Shown here: one piece after another, positions 51,904 to 61,756 of the stretch
How the letters are laid out: each line of letters opens with the position of its first letter
How positions within the stretch are numbered: the first letter of the stretch is position 1
From: a virus
Strand: one strand, 5' to 3'
DNA: 64,000 nt
Virus record (IMG/VR): IMGVR_UViG_3300030339_000006
Translations under genes and position numbers: made by a program
Notes under the pieces: model-generated
Seen by the model: only the letters and a program-made list of their open reading frames with translations
The model's database searches: none
Told to the model about the DNA's origin: nothing

Positions 51904-54072
51904 TTAATCTCTTCTAATGTAGGCTTTCAAATCGCCGCCGAAGTTACCACCACGGTTGAAGTTCAGCATTGTTCCGCCGCGTCCGTCTTGATAATGTCCA
52001 TCCTGCACGGAGCGGGCATCGACGATCGCTGGGTTGGCCAGGTAGGTCTCACGCGTAATCGGGGAAGAGCCTGGGCGTTCCTCGAAGTCCATCGTCATTT
52101 CGATCGGGTCACCGTCATCAACCGGGAAATACGTCGGCATGATAGTCGTCGTTTCCACAATCAGGGATACTGACCAGCAATCCATGTAGATTTCACACAG
52201 CAGCAACTTGAGGGTTCCTGGGAGATCTGCCAGCTTCGGCACGTACATCATCCCTTGGTGACGCGACAGGATCGGCGGCACGTAGTTCTCGCTGTACTTG
52301 AAGGTGAAGACCTTCTCGAGGTTCGGGTCGTAATCCTCTGCCGTGTCCGTGGTATCTCGCAGGATAATGTCCGAGTACACTGTTGCGGCGGTCAAGTTGT
52401 CTACCCAGATCGGGAGCGTCCCTTTGACCAGCAACGCTGCAGTGGCTTGTCGATTGATTTTAACCAACTTGGCCTTCAGCTCATCTACGTGGCACAGGTA
52501 AAGTGGCACGATGTTGCGGGTATCCAGGGTAATTGGCAGGCCGTCCTGGTTCAGGTACGTGCGAGTACCACCTTCAGAAGTAGCCAGCTCAGAACCACGG
52601 TACGAACGCATCCCGGTTGAACGAGTACGAACGACGACGTTGGTGCCACGGGACGCCATCAACGGATCCATGCGGTAGATATCTTCCTGAATCCCCTCGT
52701 TCGCTTCATCGACCCAACCACCGATCCCGGAGAGTGGGCGTCCGTCAGCGTTAATGCCGCGGAACTCACCGTCTTTCGGGAAGTCGCCGACCATCTGCTG
52801 CATCAGCTTCGGGGTCTGGTAGCGGTTGTAGTAGTTCGTCCCACGGTCGAAGATCGTCGAGCGGTCTCCACGGACGAAATCGATGATGCGACCTTCGTAG
52901 ATCGTGTCTTCGATCTCCACCAGCTGCCCGATCGTCAAGTCATCATCGATGATGTTGATGATTTCGTCACCCATCGGAGCTGCCCACACGAAGATCGGGT
53001 AGGTATGACTCGGGCGGGCCCGGAAGATTACTTCAGACACCGTGTAGTAGCCGGCCAGTGAGATCCCCGCTTCCTGGAACAGCACCATGAAGGTGTTGAA
53101 CTTCAGGTACGTGCTCATCAGCCAGTCCATGTCGGTGTTCGGCGTGACCGCCGGGTACTGGACACCACCAGTCAATTCCTTAGGAATGAAGGTGTTGTAC
53201 CACCACTTGCCGTCCTTCTGATAGTCCTTCACGTTAACCCACGAGGTCAACTGCTGGCCTTCCGTCAGCTGATCCCCCACGGCGATGTCTGGACGGAAAC
53301 CATACGGAATGTCATAGAAGTTCTGAGCGGTCAGGACTTCCCAGTGACCGGTGATTGGGTTCTGCAGGACAGACAGCACGGACTCCGTGGAGCGGGCGGT
53401 CGGGATCCCCAGGGCCAGGTTAACGCCGGCAATGGTGTAGTCGATGATCGGTCCGTGGGAGTACAGGAAGTACAGGCCGTCAACGAAGTCCTTGTAGTTC
53501 CCGATCGCACGCTCCTTGGTCATCCCTACACATTGGCCGTACTGGGCGAAGATGATCCCTTCATCGATCTCCACGTTCGAGGCCCACAGAGCGTACTGCT
53601 CGACGCCGTCTGACGTCACGCGACGTGGGAACCCCAGGGCGGACAGGGGTTTGTAGAAGGTGATCTCGTCGAAGTCTTCGTTGATTTCGAAGTGCACCCC
53701 TTCGATCAGGCTCTGCGTTGGGAGCATCGGACGGTTCATCATGTACTTGATCCCTTGGATTTTCTCCGGGAGTTTGTACGTGGTGCCCGACAGCTGATCA
53801 ACCAGGTCCGCCTGACCGAAGAGCATCAGTTTGATCTGGGTGTTGTAAGTGTCCTGAATTGTCTTCAGGGAGATATTCCCGGCACGCTGGAGGAACTGGC
53901 CGTACGCTTCCCCGAGTTGGAGCGTGGAGACTTCCAGAAGGGAGTCTACCAAGTCCTTGTCAGCGAAGATCGTCGTCCAGAAGTCTGCCAGGCCATAGAT
54001 GTACGACAGAGATCCTCGGACCTCTGTACGATTTTCCAGACCGTTCATATCCACTGGGGAAATGAAACTCAT
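51904..54072 (-). CDS. baseplate wedge-like structural protein
   Basis: Position after baseplate J-like gene; RPSHT motif. Confidence 0.55.
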   Translation of the reverse strand: MSFISPVDMNGLENRTEVRGSLSYIYGLADFWTTIFADKDLVDSLLEVSTLQLGEAYGQFLQRAGNISLKTIQDTYNTQIKLMLFGQADLVDQLSGTTYKLPEKIQGIKYMMNRPMLPTQSLIEGVHFEINEDFDEITFYKPLSALGFPRRVTSDGVEQYALWASNVEIDEGIIFAQYGQCVGMTKERAIGNYKDFVDGLYFLYSHGPIIDYTIAGVNLALGIPTARSTESVLSVLQNPITGHWEVLTAQNFYDIPYGFRPDIAVGDQLTEGQQLTSWVNVKDYQKDGKWWYNTFIPKELTGGVQYPAVTPNTDMDWLMSTYLKFNTFMVLFQEAGISLAGYYTVSEVIFRARPSHTYPIFVWAAPMGDEIINIIDDDLTIGQLVEIEDTIYEGRIIDFVRGDRSTIFDRGTNYYNRYQTPKLMQQMVGDFPKDGEFRGINADGRPLSGIGGWVDEANEGIQEDIYRMDPLMASRGTNVVVRTRSTGMRSYRGSELATSEGGTRTYLNQDGLPITLDTRNIVPLYLCHVDELKAKLVKINRQATAALLVKGTLPIWVDNLTAATVYSDIILRDTTDTAEDYDPNLEKVFTFKYSENYVPPILSRHQGMMYVPKLADLPGTLKLLLCEIYMDCWSVSLIVETTTIMPTYFPVDDGDPIEMTMDFEERPGSSPITRETYLANPAIVDARSVQDGHYQDGRGGTMLNFNRGGNFGGDLKAYIRRD

Positions 54073-55646
54073 GTATTTTTCTCCACGGTCAATACGTCGA
54101 GCACGAAGCGCTGTGTGGACGTCGCTGTGATGCTGTCAGTCACGTCAGTCACGGTCTTCACCAAGTCTTTCGCCACTGCGGTTGCCGTTACGGTGATCGG
54201 TGATTTGATCTCGCTCAGCCCAGTCGCCACGATCATTTTGTACAGATCGGACACGTAGATAGTACCACTATCCGGCGTCTGATCAAAGTACGCTTCGATC
54301 GCCGTGCGGGCGTTGGCCACCAGATTCGCATCTACGGCGGTGTAGCTCTGGGCTTCTATGCTGATCAACACCGGTTCAAAGGCACGGACCAAGCCGTCAG
54401 CACAGACCACACGGTTCTGCGGGTCCTTGATGAAGGTCTGCATGTCTTCCAGGCCGAGGAACTTACGCACCACGAAGGAGACTTTCTTCAGCGGATAGGT
54501 CAGTCCGAACTCCAGACGGATTACCTGATTGGCAGACAGGCCGATGTCCTTGGAAGGATCAACGGGGACGCGGTTCACGTAGTTCGTGCTGGTCGGATAG
54601 GACTGAGCGTAACCCACGCCGGCCGGGATGTCATCGGCTGCTGTACCACCGGATACCGGTGAACGATAGATGTCAAAGATCGGGCCGGTCAGCTCAATCA
54701 TCCCGTTCTTGTCGGTGATGTACTGCACGACGTTCGTACGGAAATCCGTTGACGTGAAAATGTCTACACAACCCCCAACGTGAATCTTGAAGCGATCCGG
54801 GATGCCGGTGATGGTGTCATTCACACCATTTACGTCAACCAAATCACGCCACATGTCCGGATCGCCCATACCTACTACCCTCTGATGTTTGATATAGTTG
54901 AACACGTCCGTTAAACGGGAAGTGATCGACGGGTCATTGATCAGGTTACGGGTAGAGATGGCCGAGTACGAACGGTTCACCAGGTCGACGTTGGTCTCTT
55001 CTGCCACAGCTGTTGAAGTCATGTACAGGATTGAGCCCTTCACGAAATACGGGTTGAAAATCGAGAAATACAACAAGTCACCGGTGGTCTGGTCGTTGAA
55101 GGTCTCATCGGCCGTCGCTGAGGATAGCGGGATGTCCACGTACCAGAGCTCTTCGCTTTCGTCGTAGTTCAGATAAGTGTTCCCCGCGATCGCCGTGTCA
55201 CCGTCCTTCAGAACCTGTGCAAAGACCGGAGCCGAAGGGTAGAACAAACGGGTGTTATCCGTTGAGAAGAAAGCACTCACCGGAATCTGCACGTTCGTCG
55301 GCGTGCCGTTCTGGAACAGGAAGTACAGGCGAGCCTGAACCACCGCCAGGGAGCCCGTCTGGCGCTCGATGAAGAAGTTAGACAGAATCGCGTCAACGAC
55401 TTCTGCCGGGGTGTCATTAGTGACGGATCCCAGGCTGGCCGAGTCGAAGTACACCTCGATGTATTTCTTCACGGTAGCTAAAAGAACGGCGTTGGGACGG
55501 ATTACCAAGTCACGCACACCGGTACCCTGACGGAAGTCGACCGTCGGGAATTTGGCTTCGAGGAACTGTTGGGCGAAGACTTCCGCTTCCTGGACGTCTG
55601 TCGCTGTAAGTTCCAGCGAGCTCATTACGGAAAAGATATCAGCCAT
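54069..55646 (-). CDS. baseplate J-like (gp6-type) wedge protein
   Basis: G..VRDL.I.P, NFFIER..G..A, ETN.DL..R, GG.VDIF. Confidence 0.7.
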   Translation of the reverse strand: MADIFSVMSSLELTATDVQEAEVFAQQFLEAKFPTVDFRQGTGVRDLVIRPNAVLLATVKKYIEVYFDSASLGSVTNDTPAEVVDAILSNFFIERQTGSLAVVQARLYFLFQNGTPTNVQIPVSAFFSTDNTRLFYPSAPVFAQVLKDGDTAIAGNTYLNYDESEELWYVDIPLSSATADETFNDQTTGDLLYFSIFNPYFVKGSILYMTSTAVAEETNVDLVNRSYSAISTRNLINDPSITSRLTDVFNYIKHQRVVGMGDPDMWRDLVDVNGVNDTITGIPDRFKIHVGGCVDIFTSTDFRTNVVQYITDKNGMIELTGPIFDIYRSPVSGGTAADDIPAGVGYAQSYPTSTNYVNRVPVDPSKDIGLSANQVIRLEFGLTYPLKKVSFVVRKFLGLEDMQTFIKDPQNRVVCADGLVRAFEPVLISIEAQSYTAVDANLVANARTAIEAYFDQTPDSGTIYVSDLYKMIVATGLSEIKSPITVTATAVAKDLVKTVTDVTDSITATSTQRFVLDVLTVEKNT

Positions 55647-56145
55647 TTGTTACCTCGTTAAGGATTAAACCGTTGCTGTTAAACGGTAAGGCGATCGGTG
55701 CGGATACGCCAGCTTTCGTTAAGATTCGGACCTTCACGATCGTGCTCTCAGAGCCCTGAATCGCATCGAGTACTTCCACGGAGGCCAGTTGGGATTCTGC
55801 AGAATACAGGTAGGAGTTCAGGATTGCCATCGCTTGGTCACCGGCGGCTTTAATCGCTGCCGTGATGGTCGCCTTGGCCACCGCTGAGTCACTCGTGATG
55901 TTTGAATACATAACGAAATCTGAGAACTTCGTCCCGGCGCTTGGATAGATGGGGTCAGACCCCTGGCCAGTCATCAAGCACTTCACGAAGATCTGCACGA
56001 CCTTCTGCACGCCAGTGATCTTGCGGGGGTTATTCCCCACGGTGAACGTCAGCTGTGAGTTCGGGAAGCCGTCGGGGAAATCTAAAAGAAGGAGATCGTA
56101 GCGATCTTGGTCCTTCAGGTTCTGTGTATTGCCTACGCGGGCCAT
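55639..56145 (-). CDS. gp25-like baseplate wedge subunit
   Basis: ITG.QK..Q...K.L.T..GSDP.YP..GT. Confidence 0.65.
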   Translation of the reverse strand: MARVGNTQNLKDQDRYDLLLLDFPDGFPNSQLTFTVGNNPRKITGVQKVVQIFVKCLMTGQGSDPIYPSAGTKFSDFVMYSNITSDSAVAKATITAAIKAAGDQAMAILNSYLYSAESQLASVEVLDAIQGSESTIVKVRILTKAGVSAPIALPFNSNGLILNEVTNG

Positions 56146-56148
56146 CGG

Positions 56149-56538
56149 TTATCCTTTGGGGGTCTGACGGACCCCGGTTAAGTTGTACAGACGGTTATTC
56201 ATCTCCGACTGCCAGGAAGAAGCCTGCACGCCAGCCTCCGCGGCGCCTTCACGGTAGTAATCCGCTCGGGTCATTGACCGCATGGCTTGTTCTGCTTGCA
56301 TCGAGTCGAGATCACGGTAGGTGGAGAGCAGAGCAGTATTCGTCGTAGAAGCCTGCCCTTTAACACGAGCCTGGATGGCTTGGCGTAGCCCACCCAGGTC
56401 GATGTCTTTGGCACTGTCCGCGAAGTCCACGATTGGTGTCGCCGGGTCCTGGAAGAATCCTGACAGGCCATTGTAGTAGCCTGTCATTTTAGCGAACGCC
56501 CCGCGAACCAGTGCCGGTACGTCTATCAGTTGTCCCAT
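56149..56538 (-). CDS. hypothetical protein
   Basis: Structural operon ORF. Confidence 0.6.
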   Translation of the reverse strand: MGQLIDVPALVRGAFAKMTGYYNGLSGFFQDPATPIVDFADSAKDIDLGGLRQAIQARVKGQASTTNTALLSTYRDLDSMQAEQAMRSMTRADYYREGAAEAGVQASSWQSEMNNRLYNLTGVRQTPKG

Positions 56539-57230
56539 GTTCCATAATCCTCAAGTAGCTTTTGAACTTTATCTTTAAGCTTACCGGAGGCGTAGTTGTA
56601 CTGGTTGATGTTCATCCCGAGACCATTCGCGATCTCCGTGGCGGAGACTTTGTCGGCACGGCCGTTGAAAATCTTGAGTTCTTCGTCCGATAGCTTACTC
56701 TTAATGTAGTTTAGTTTCAGCGGATCGGAGTTGAACTTGCTCTGTTCCGGAGCGTATAGGTTACCAGATTCCACGTGATCTTGGAACAGCAGGCTCTTAT
56801 ACTTCCCGACTTCCTTCTCAGACCAGCCCAGACGGTGGCCAATCTCCTTATCCGTTGGCTCACGCCCGAGCTCTTCTTCGAGGTTAGTGGCCGCCAGATT
56901 GTACTTCCCGTACTGCAGCTGCTTGTCCTCACCCATGTTCGCGATGTTCTGGTACGTGTAGTTGAGGCGTTTGGCCTTACGCGTCCAGTTGTACACGTGG
57001 GTAGACAGCTTGGTGCCCTTGGTCGGATCGTAATCCTTGATGGCTCGGATGGCCCAGGACACGACTTCACCCTTGAGGGCAGAAGCCGGCAGTGAGCCGG
57101 ACAGTTTGGTCGTTTCGCTCTGGATGATTGGTTTCAAGTTATTCACCAGGTTCTTCAGAGCCTTCTTATCCCCGTCGTTCTTCCACGCGTGGAAAAGTTC
57201 GAGGTCCTTATCGCCTAATTCGTTGTTCAT
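56526..57230 (-). CDS. phage RNA polymerase sigma factor (sigma70-family, FliA/SigF-like)
   Basis: GDKKAL..LV, AIKDYDPTKGTKLSTH, L..ELGREPTD.EI...LG, C-terminal HTH. Confidence 0.85.
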   Translation of the reverse strand: MNNELGDKDLELFHAWKNDGDKKALKNLVNNLKPIIQSETTKLSGSLPASALKGEVVSWAIRAIKDYDPTKGTKLSTHVYNWTRKAKRLNYTYQNIANMGEDKQLQYGKYNLAATNLEEELGREPTDKEIGHRLGWSEKEVGKYKSLLFQDHVESGNLYAPEQSKFNSDPLKLNYIKSKLSDEELKIFNGRADKVSATEIANGLGMNINQYNYASGKLKDKVQKLLEDYGTWDN

Positions 57231-57523
57231 TACACCTCCTGAGTCAGGTTGAACGCCTTCACGACGTTATACGCAAAATCCACCATCAGTTGCTGCATAA
57301 GCAGACTGTTTCGACGATAAACAAAACAGTCCTTGGCGGCGGACGTCGTGGACAGACGCTGATCTGAGACCAGAGTCGATGGGATCATGTTGTTAAAACG
57401 TCGGACGATGTTAATCTTCTGCACCGACGAGTCTGACATGTCCGGTTGCACCACCTGCGACTCCGGGAGAGTCGCTGGCAGTCCTTCGGGATATGACATA
57501 ATGGTACTGGTTGTGTTTGCCAT
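57230..57523 (-). CDS. hypothetical protein
   Basis: Preceded directly by GGTATAAG motif (57528-57535, - strand). Confidence 0.55.
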   Translation of the reverse strand: MANTTSTIMSYPEGLPATLPESQVVQPDMSDSSVQKINIVRRFNNMIPSTLVSDQRLSTTSAAKDCFVYRRNSLLMQQLMVDFAYNVVKAFNLTQEV

Positions 57524-57536
57524 ATTACTTATACCC

Positions 57537-60500
57537 TTAACCTAAGCCTAAGTCGAAGTGGACCGGGTCATACGTGGAGAAGTTACCGCCCCAACGTAGA
57601 GTGATCCCCATGGAGTTCCCGACCTGCAGAACAAACTGTGCGAAGTTCGCCATGACCGCTCGAGAGGATGCATGGAGATCGTTACACGGTACGATATCGA
57701 CCGCCCATGATGGGTTCTTACGGTGGCGAGAACCCTCTTTGGCACCCTGGGCGTAGCTGCTACCATCACTCTCAAGGCTGGCCTGCTTGGCCGATGAGCG
57801 ATAACCACTGGTCACCACGACCGGGCGGGTCTCGATGACCTTCATCACGACTTGAATCAGTCGAGGGTCACAGGTCGCCAGAATCGCCGAAGAGTTTGCA
57901 TCCAGGACGCCAACGGAACAGCGCTTCCCTAGTTTAGGCATGATCGTCGGTAGAGAGACAGCTTTCGCTGCAGCTTCGTTAGCCTCTTGAGAGATGGATT
58001 TACCCACTGATGGCTGTAGAGAATACAGATTCTGTTTGGCCTTCGGTTGTTTGAGGACGGGATCTCCAGTCTCCCCATCGTCGTAAGTCAGGAAGGCAGA
58101 AGACTCCATGTCACGGCCACGCAGTGTGGATGACTTGGTAGCCGACTGATCGTTGACCCACGGACCTTTACGGACCTGCTGAACGGTTACTGCACCCTGA
58201 TTCCACATGTCGATATCGATGAAGGTCTCTGCCAGAGCACAGTGTTCCTGCTCGACGTCGATCAACGTGGCGATGTTACGGGCTACCAAGTTCAGGTTAC
58301 CCAGGGTCGTGCCGTACAGGCTGGCGATACGGGTTGTTCCTTCGTCACTCTGACCGATTTCCCACACGCCCAGATTACGTTTCACTGGAATGGGTTTACC
58401 GGTAGAGTAAGACTCGAGAATGGTCGGATCGGCAGCACCCACGCCTAGCACGTCGTTGTAATACTGGCAGGCCCTCTGGAACGCCGCGGTGTTGCCATAC
58501 ATCGATAAGTTGTCTGTCATTTTTAGCTGGGCGAGTAACCAAGGGCTTGTTCCCGGAATGTAACATGTGGCGATTTCCGAGAAGGTATAGCACGAGGACA
58601 TACCGATGGAAGTACCACTGGCACCCTGACCGTCGAAGTAATGACTGACGCTGGTGCAGAATCCATGGTAAGACTCACGCAGCGGAGACGGGTCGACTAC
58701 GTCCATTGGGTATCCAGGGATGATGAATGGGTTGAAGACCCCATCGACCTGTCCCTGACGAGACTGAGCGTAGATGTTGGAATACTCCTGGTCTACGCCA
58801 GTCACGAACAGACGGTTGTACGCCTGCAGACCGCTCGCTGAAGAATCCCACGGGTTGAGCGTCGGGTCTTCTGGGTACAGTTTCAGCCACGCCGCTTTCA
58901 GTTCATTCAGTGTATCTGCGTCACTCAGATCCCCGACGTTGCCCGACCCCTGGTTTGACAGCACAGAATACCAGTATGGCAGAATCCCGCTGGTAGTACG
59001 CACACCGGTACCCCACTCGTATTTCCCCGGAACGGCACGCTGAGATTGCAAGGTATCCTGCAGATTTCCGCCGTTGGACAGGGCTTTACGCACAGAATGA
59101 GGGGCCACGAAGTTGATTCCGTAAGCTTCTGTGGTCTGGTTCGCTGCAGAGTCCGCTGAGAAAGGCATGCCAGAGAAGACGGCACGGGATGGCACTTGGT
59201 CAGTCCCGATGTTCACCGACATGCTCTCATACATGCTCGGCAGGACCACGTTACAGATCGGAGCGTAGTAGGAGAACATCCGAGGTTTATACACGTGGTC
59301 AATGATCTCACGACGCCCAGAGACTCGGATCGCGGCCGGTGAGTTCATCACCAAGTGGTCGTACTCGATCAGGTTCGTGAACATCTCAATGAATTGGCCG
59401 AAGGACATAGACTCGCCGGTCCCACCGCTCGCCAGGTCATTCTGAGTGATCTGCAGAATCTGTTCAGCCACTGCCTTGGAGAAGGAGCCCTGAATATTCC
59501 CCGGGATCAACTTACCGTTGGCTGTGGACAATTCTTCTTGGGAACCTTTTGCGTTCTTAGCGTTCGCTGCGATCTGTTGGGCACTCGGGAGCGGGGCGTC
59601 CAAGAAGAAAGATCGGTCTCGGGAACGTCTGGTCACTAAACCTTGAGAAACCTGACCACCGGAGTACACCCAAGAGAGAAATCCATCGGCTGCTGCCTGG
59701 GTATTCCCCTCAGTAATGTAACGAACGATCGTTGAAGGTTCACCGGAAGCCTGCCAGAGCGCCCCGTCCTTCCCTCCGCGGCCACCAGGACCGACGTTGA
59801 AGGTCAGATCGGTCAGGGCATCGAACTGTCCCTGGCTCAGAGTCAGACCGAGGGCGTTCACAGAAGACTCTGCTGACGCCAGATCGCCGTTCAGGAGAGC
59901 ATCGACCTGTCCGTCTGTCAACGTCGTGCGATCATACTGAGTGCTCGTCTTGGAGACAGCATGACCCACCCCGATCGTTGGCGTACCAGTAGACTGAGCA
60001 GCGAACTGAATCTCTACTCCGGTAGCATCATCATACAGGCGATAGCGACGACCCTCTGAGAATTGCACCAAGTCCTTCTTCCCTTTGTCCGACATCTTCT
60101 TCGGACCGGGAGTAGCTACCGGAGCGTTAGTCTGGGGAGTGCCTGCAGAGGGCCCTGGAGTGCCGTTAGCCGGGTTCTCAACGTAAGGGGTAGTAGGAGC
60201 AGCCGGCGTCTCGTTATCGACGCCAGGAGGCGTAGCGGCCTTCTGAATCGATCCCTCGATGATAGGGTGGCCGGTCATCTTCGAGAAGTAAGACAGACCG
60301 GTTTCCATCAACGGGATGTACATCTTGGTCATGATCGACTTGTCCGTCTGCAGGGCGTCCATGTACGACGCACGCTTCAGGGAGTTCCACATGGCCACGA
60401 TCACCCCGGGCATGCCCTGCAGGCGCCAGTAGTTATCACTCATGGTGTCAGACAGCACAGAGATATCGCCACCGCCATCTTCCAGAGAAACATCGGAGTC

Positions 60501-61091
60501 ACGCGGTTCGTGTACGCCGGCCAGTGCCTGCTCGATTGCAAACATCGAACCGACATCACCGTCAGCCATGATCCCGAAGGCAGAATCTTGTGCGGTATCC
60601 ACCTTGTTGCTCGTTCCGGTGAAGCGGAAGAGGATCTCGTTCAGCATGTAGTACGGGTGCACGCAGTTCAGCGTTACAGACGACGAGCCGCCGTCACCCG
60701 ACAGGCTTTTACTGTCGGTGATCGAGGTGATTACGCCGTCGAAGATGACTTTGTAAGCGTTACGTTCGACCAGGTTGAAGGTCTCTTGGGCGTTCTGCAG
60801 GACAGCCTGTTCGTCCACCGTCGTGGCCGCAGGAACGGAACCGACCATCTTTTGGATGTCGTACGGTGCCAGCCCTTGGTTGAAGTCACGGTAGAAGATC
60901 TGGATTTTCGGGAAGTATCCCTTGGTGATCTCAGAGAAACCACGCCACGGGGCGACCGTTATCGTCGCCGTCGGGAGTCCGCGGTACACGTTCTGGACGC
61001 TACCGGATGAGAAGGGGATTTGTACCCCCTCCACGTAGACTCTGAAGCTGGTGTAAAGGTTGTCGCCACCGAGATTATTTTCTAAACGCAT
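57537..61091 (-). CDS. baseplate hub/tail lysin with GH24 lysozyme insert and C-terminal M15 peptidase
   Basis: Hub-like N/C parts (FNPFIIPGYP); EG...YDD...TIGVGH; TSGYRS...SRH...AVD...WGG...D..HF. Confidence 0.8.
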   Translation of the reverse strand: MRLENNLGGDNLYTSFRVYVEGVQIPFSSGSVQNVYRGLPTATITVAPWRGFSEITKGYFPKIQIFYRDFNQGLAPYDIQKMVGSVPAATTVDEQAVLQNAQETFNLVERNAYKVIFDGVITSITDSKSLSGDGGSSSVTLNCVHPYYMLNEILFRFTGTSNKVDTAQDSAFGIMADGDVGSMFAIEQALAGVHEPRDSDVSLEDGGGDISVLSDTMSDNYWRLQGMPGVIVAMWNSLKRASYMDALQTDKSIMTKMYIPLMETGLSYFSKMTGHPIIEGSIQKAATPPGVDNETPAAPTTPYVENPANGTPGPSAGTPQTNAPVATPGPKKMSDKGKKDLVQFSEGRRYRLYDDATGVEIQFAAQSTGTPTIGVGHAVSKTSTQYDRTTLTDGQVDALLNGDLASAESSVNALGLTLSQGQFDALTDLTFNVGPGGRGGKDGALWQASGEPSTIVRYITEGNTQAAADGFLSWVYSGGQVSQGLVTRRSRDRSFFLDAPLPSAQQIAANAKNAKGSQEELSTANGKLIPGNIQGSFSKAVAEQILQITQNDLASGGTGESMSFGQFIEMFTNLIEYDHLVMNSPAAIRVSGRREIIDHVYKPRMFSYYAPICNVVLPSMYESMSVNIGTDQVPSRAVFSGMPFSADSAANQTTEAYGINFVAPHSVRKALSNGGNLQDTLQSQRAVPGKYEWGTGVRTTSGILPYWYSVLSNQGSGNVGDLSDADTLNELKAAWLKLYPEDPTLNPWDSSASGLQAYNRLFVTGVDQEYSNIYAQSRQGQVDGVFNPFIIPGYPMDVVDPSPLRESYHGFCTSVSHYFDGQGASGTSIGMSSCYTFSEIATCYIPGTSPWLLAQLKMTDNLSMYGNTAAFQRACQYYNDVLGVGAADPTILESYSTGKPIPVKRNLGVWEIGQSDEGTTRIASLYGTTLGNLNLVARNIATLIDVEQEHCALAETFIDIDMWNQGAVTVQQVRKGPWVNDQSATKSSTLRGRDMESSAFLTYDDGETGDPVLKQPKAKQNLYSLQPSVGKSISQEANEAAAKAVSLPTIMPKLGKRCSVGVLDANSSAILATCDPRLIQVVMKVIETRPVVVTSGYRSSAKQASLESDGSSYAQGAKEGSRHRKNPSWAVDIVPCNDLHASSRAVMANFAQFVLQVGNSMGITLRWGGNFSTYDPVHFDLGLG

Positions 61092-61755
61092 TACCGTATA
61101 CTCCGTAGTATGCAACGATCATGAATGCTCGCTCTAATTTATCGTGAATGGTATTCAGGTAGTCTATCTCATCGTCCGGCACTTTTAAAGCCTGGAGATT
61201 GCTGACCATCGTATCCATCTCGTCCGAAGTGACCAGAGCAGCGAACATGTCGGGGCGAATCGGGAGCGGTTCTGCCGGGAGCGGGGAGATACCGAGTAGT
61301 GCTCCTCCATAGGTATTCCCCAGGTAGTTGATGTATGAGTCTGGATCCGTTGGCATGCGGACTGTCGTGTTAATCGCTGGGACTTCATCTTCGAAGCCCA
61401 GACGAACGTACGTCCCGTGCAAACAGCGGCGGCAGATCCCTCCCGGGCTGGTACACGCCGACGTGTCACGCACGCGGATCGTGTAAATACCCTGTGAGTA
61501 CTTGTCCACCAGATATGCATCATCGATCAACGTATCAGTATCCAGTGCCAGCAAGCCGATCATCGAGTCATCATCTGCAGACACGTTACGGCCGATCAGC
61601 GTCCCGCAGTTATCCTCCACGATCTTGACGCTCGGCATCAACAGCTTCGTGGTGAACGACTTAAGGGCCGGATTGAAGTCCGGCATTGATTTCTGCTTGA
61701 ATAGGTTCTCCATCAACATCGAGTTGGCGTACGAACGAACCCCTAAATTAGCCAT
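61075..61755 (-). CDS. protein with RNA polymerase beta-prime zinc-binding-like domain
   Basis: IVEDNCGT..G ... IRVRD...C....GIC..C. Confidence 0.6.
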   Translation of the reverse strand: MANLGVRSYANSMLMENLFKQKSMPDFNPALKSFTTKLLMPSVKIVEDNCGTLIGRNVSADDDSMIGLLALDTDTLIDDAYLVDKYSQGIYTIRVRDTSACTSPGGICRRCLHGTYVRLGFEDEVPAINTTVRMPTDPDSYINYLGNTYGGALLGISPLPAEPLPIRPDMFAALVTSDEMDTMVSNLQALKVPDDEIDYLNTIHDKLERAFMIVAYYGVYGNAFRK

Positions 61756-61756
61756 G

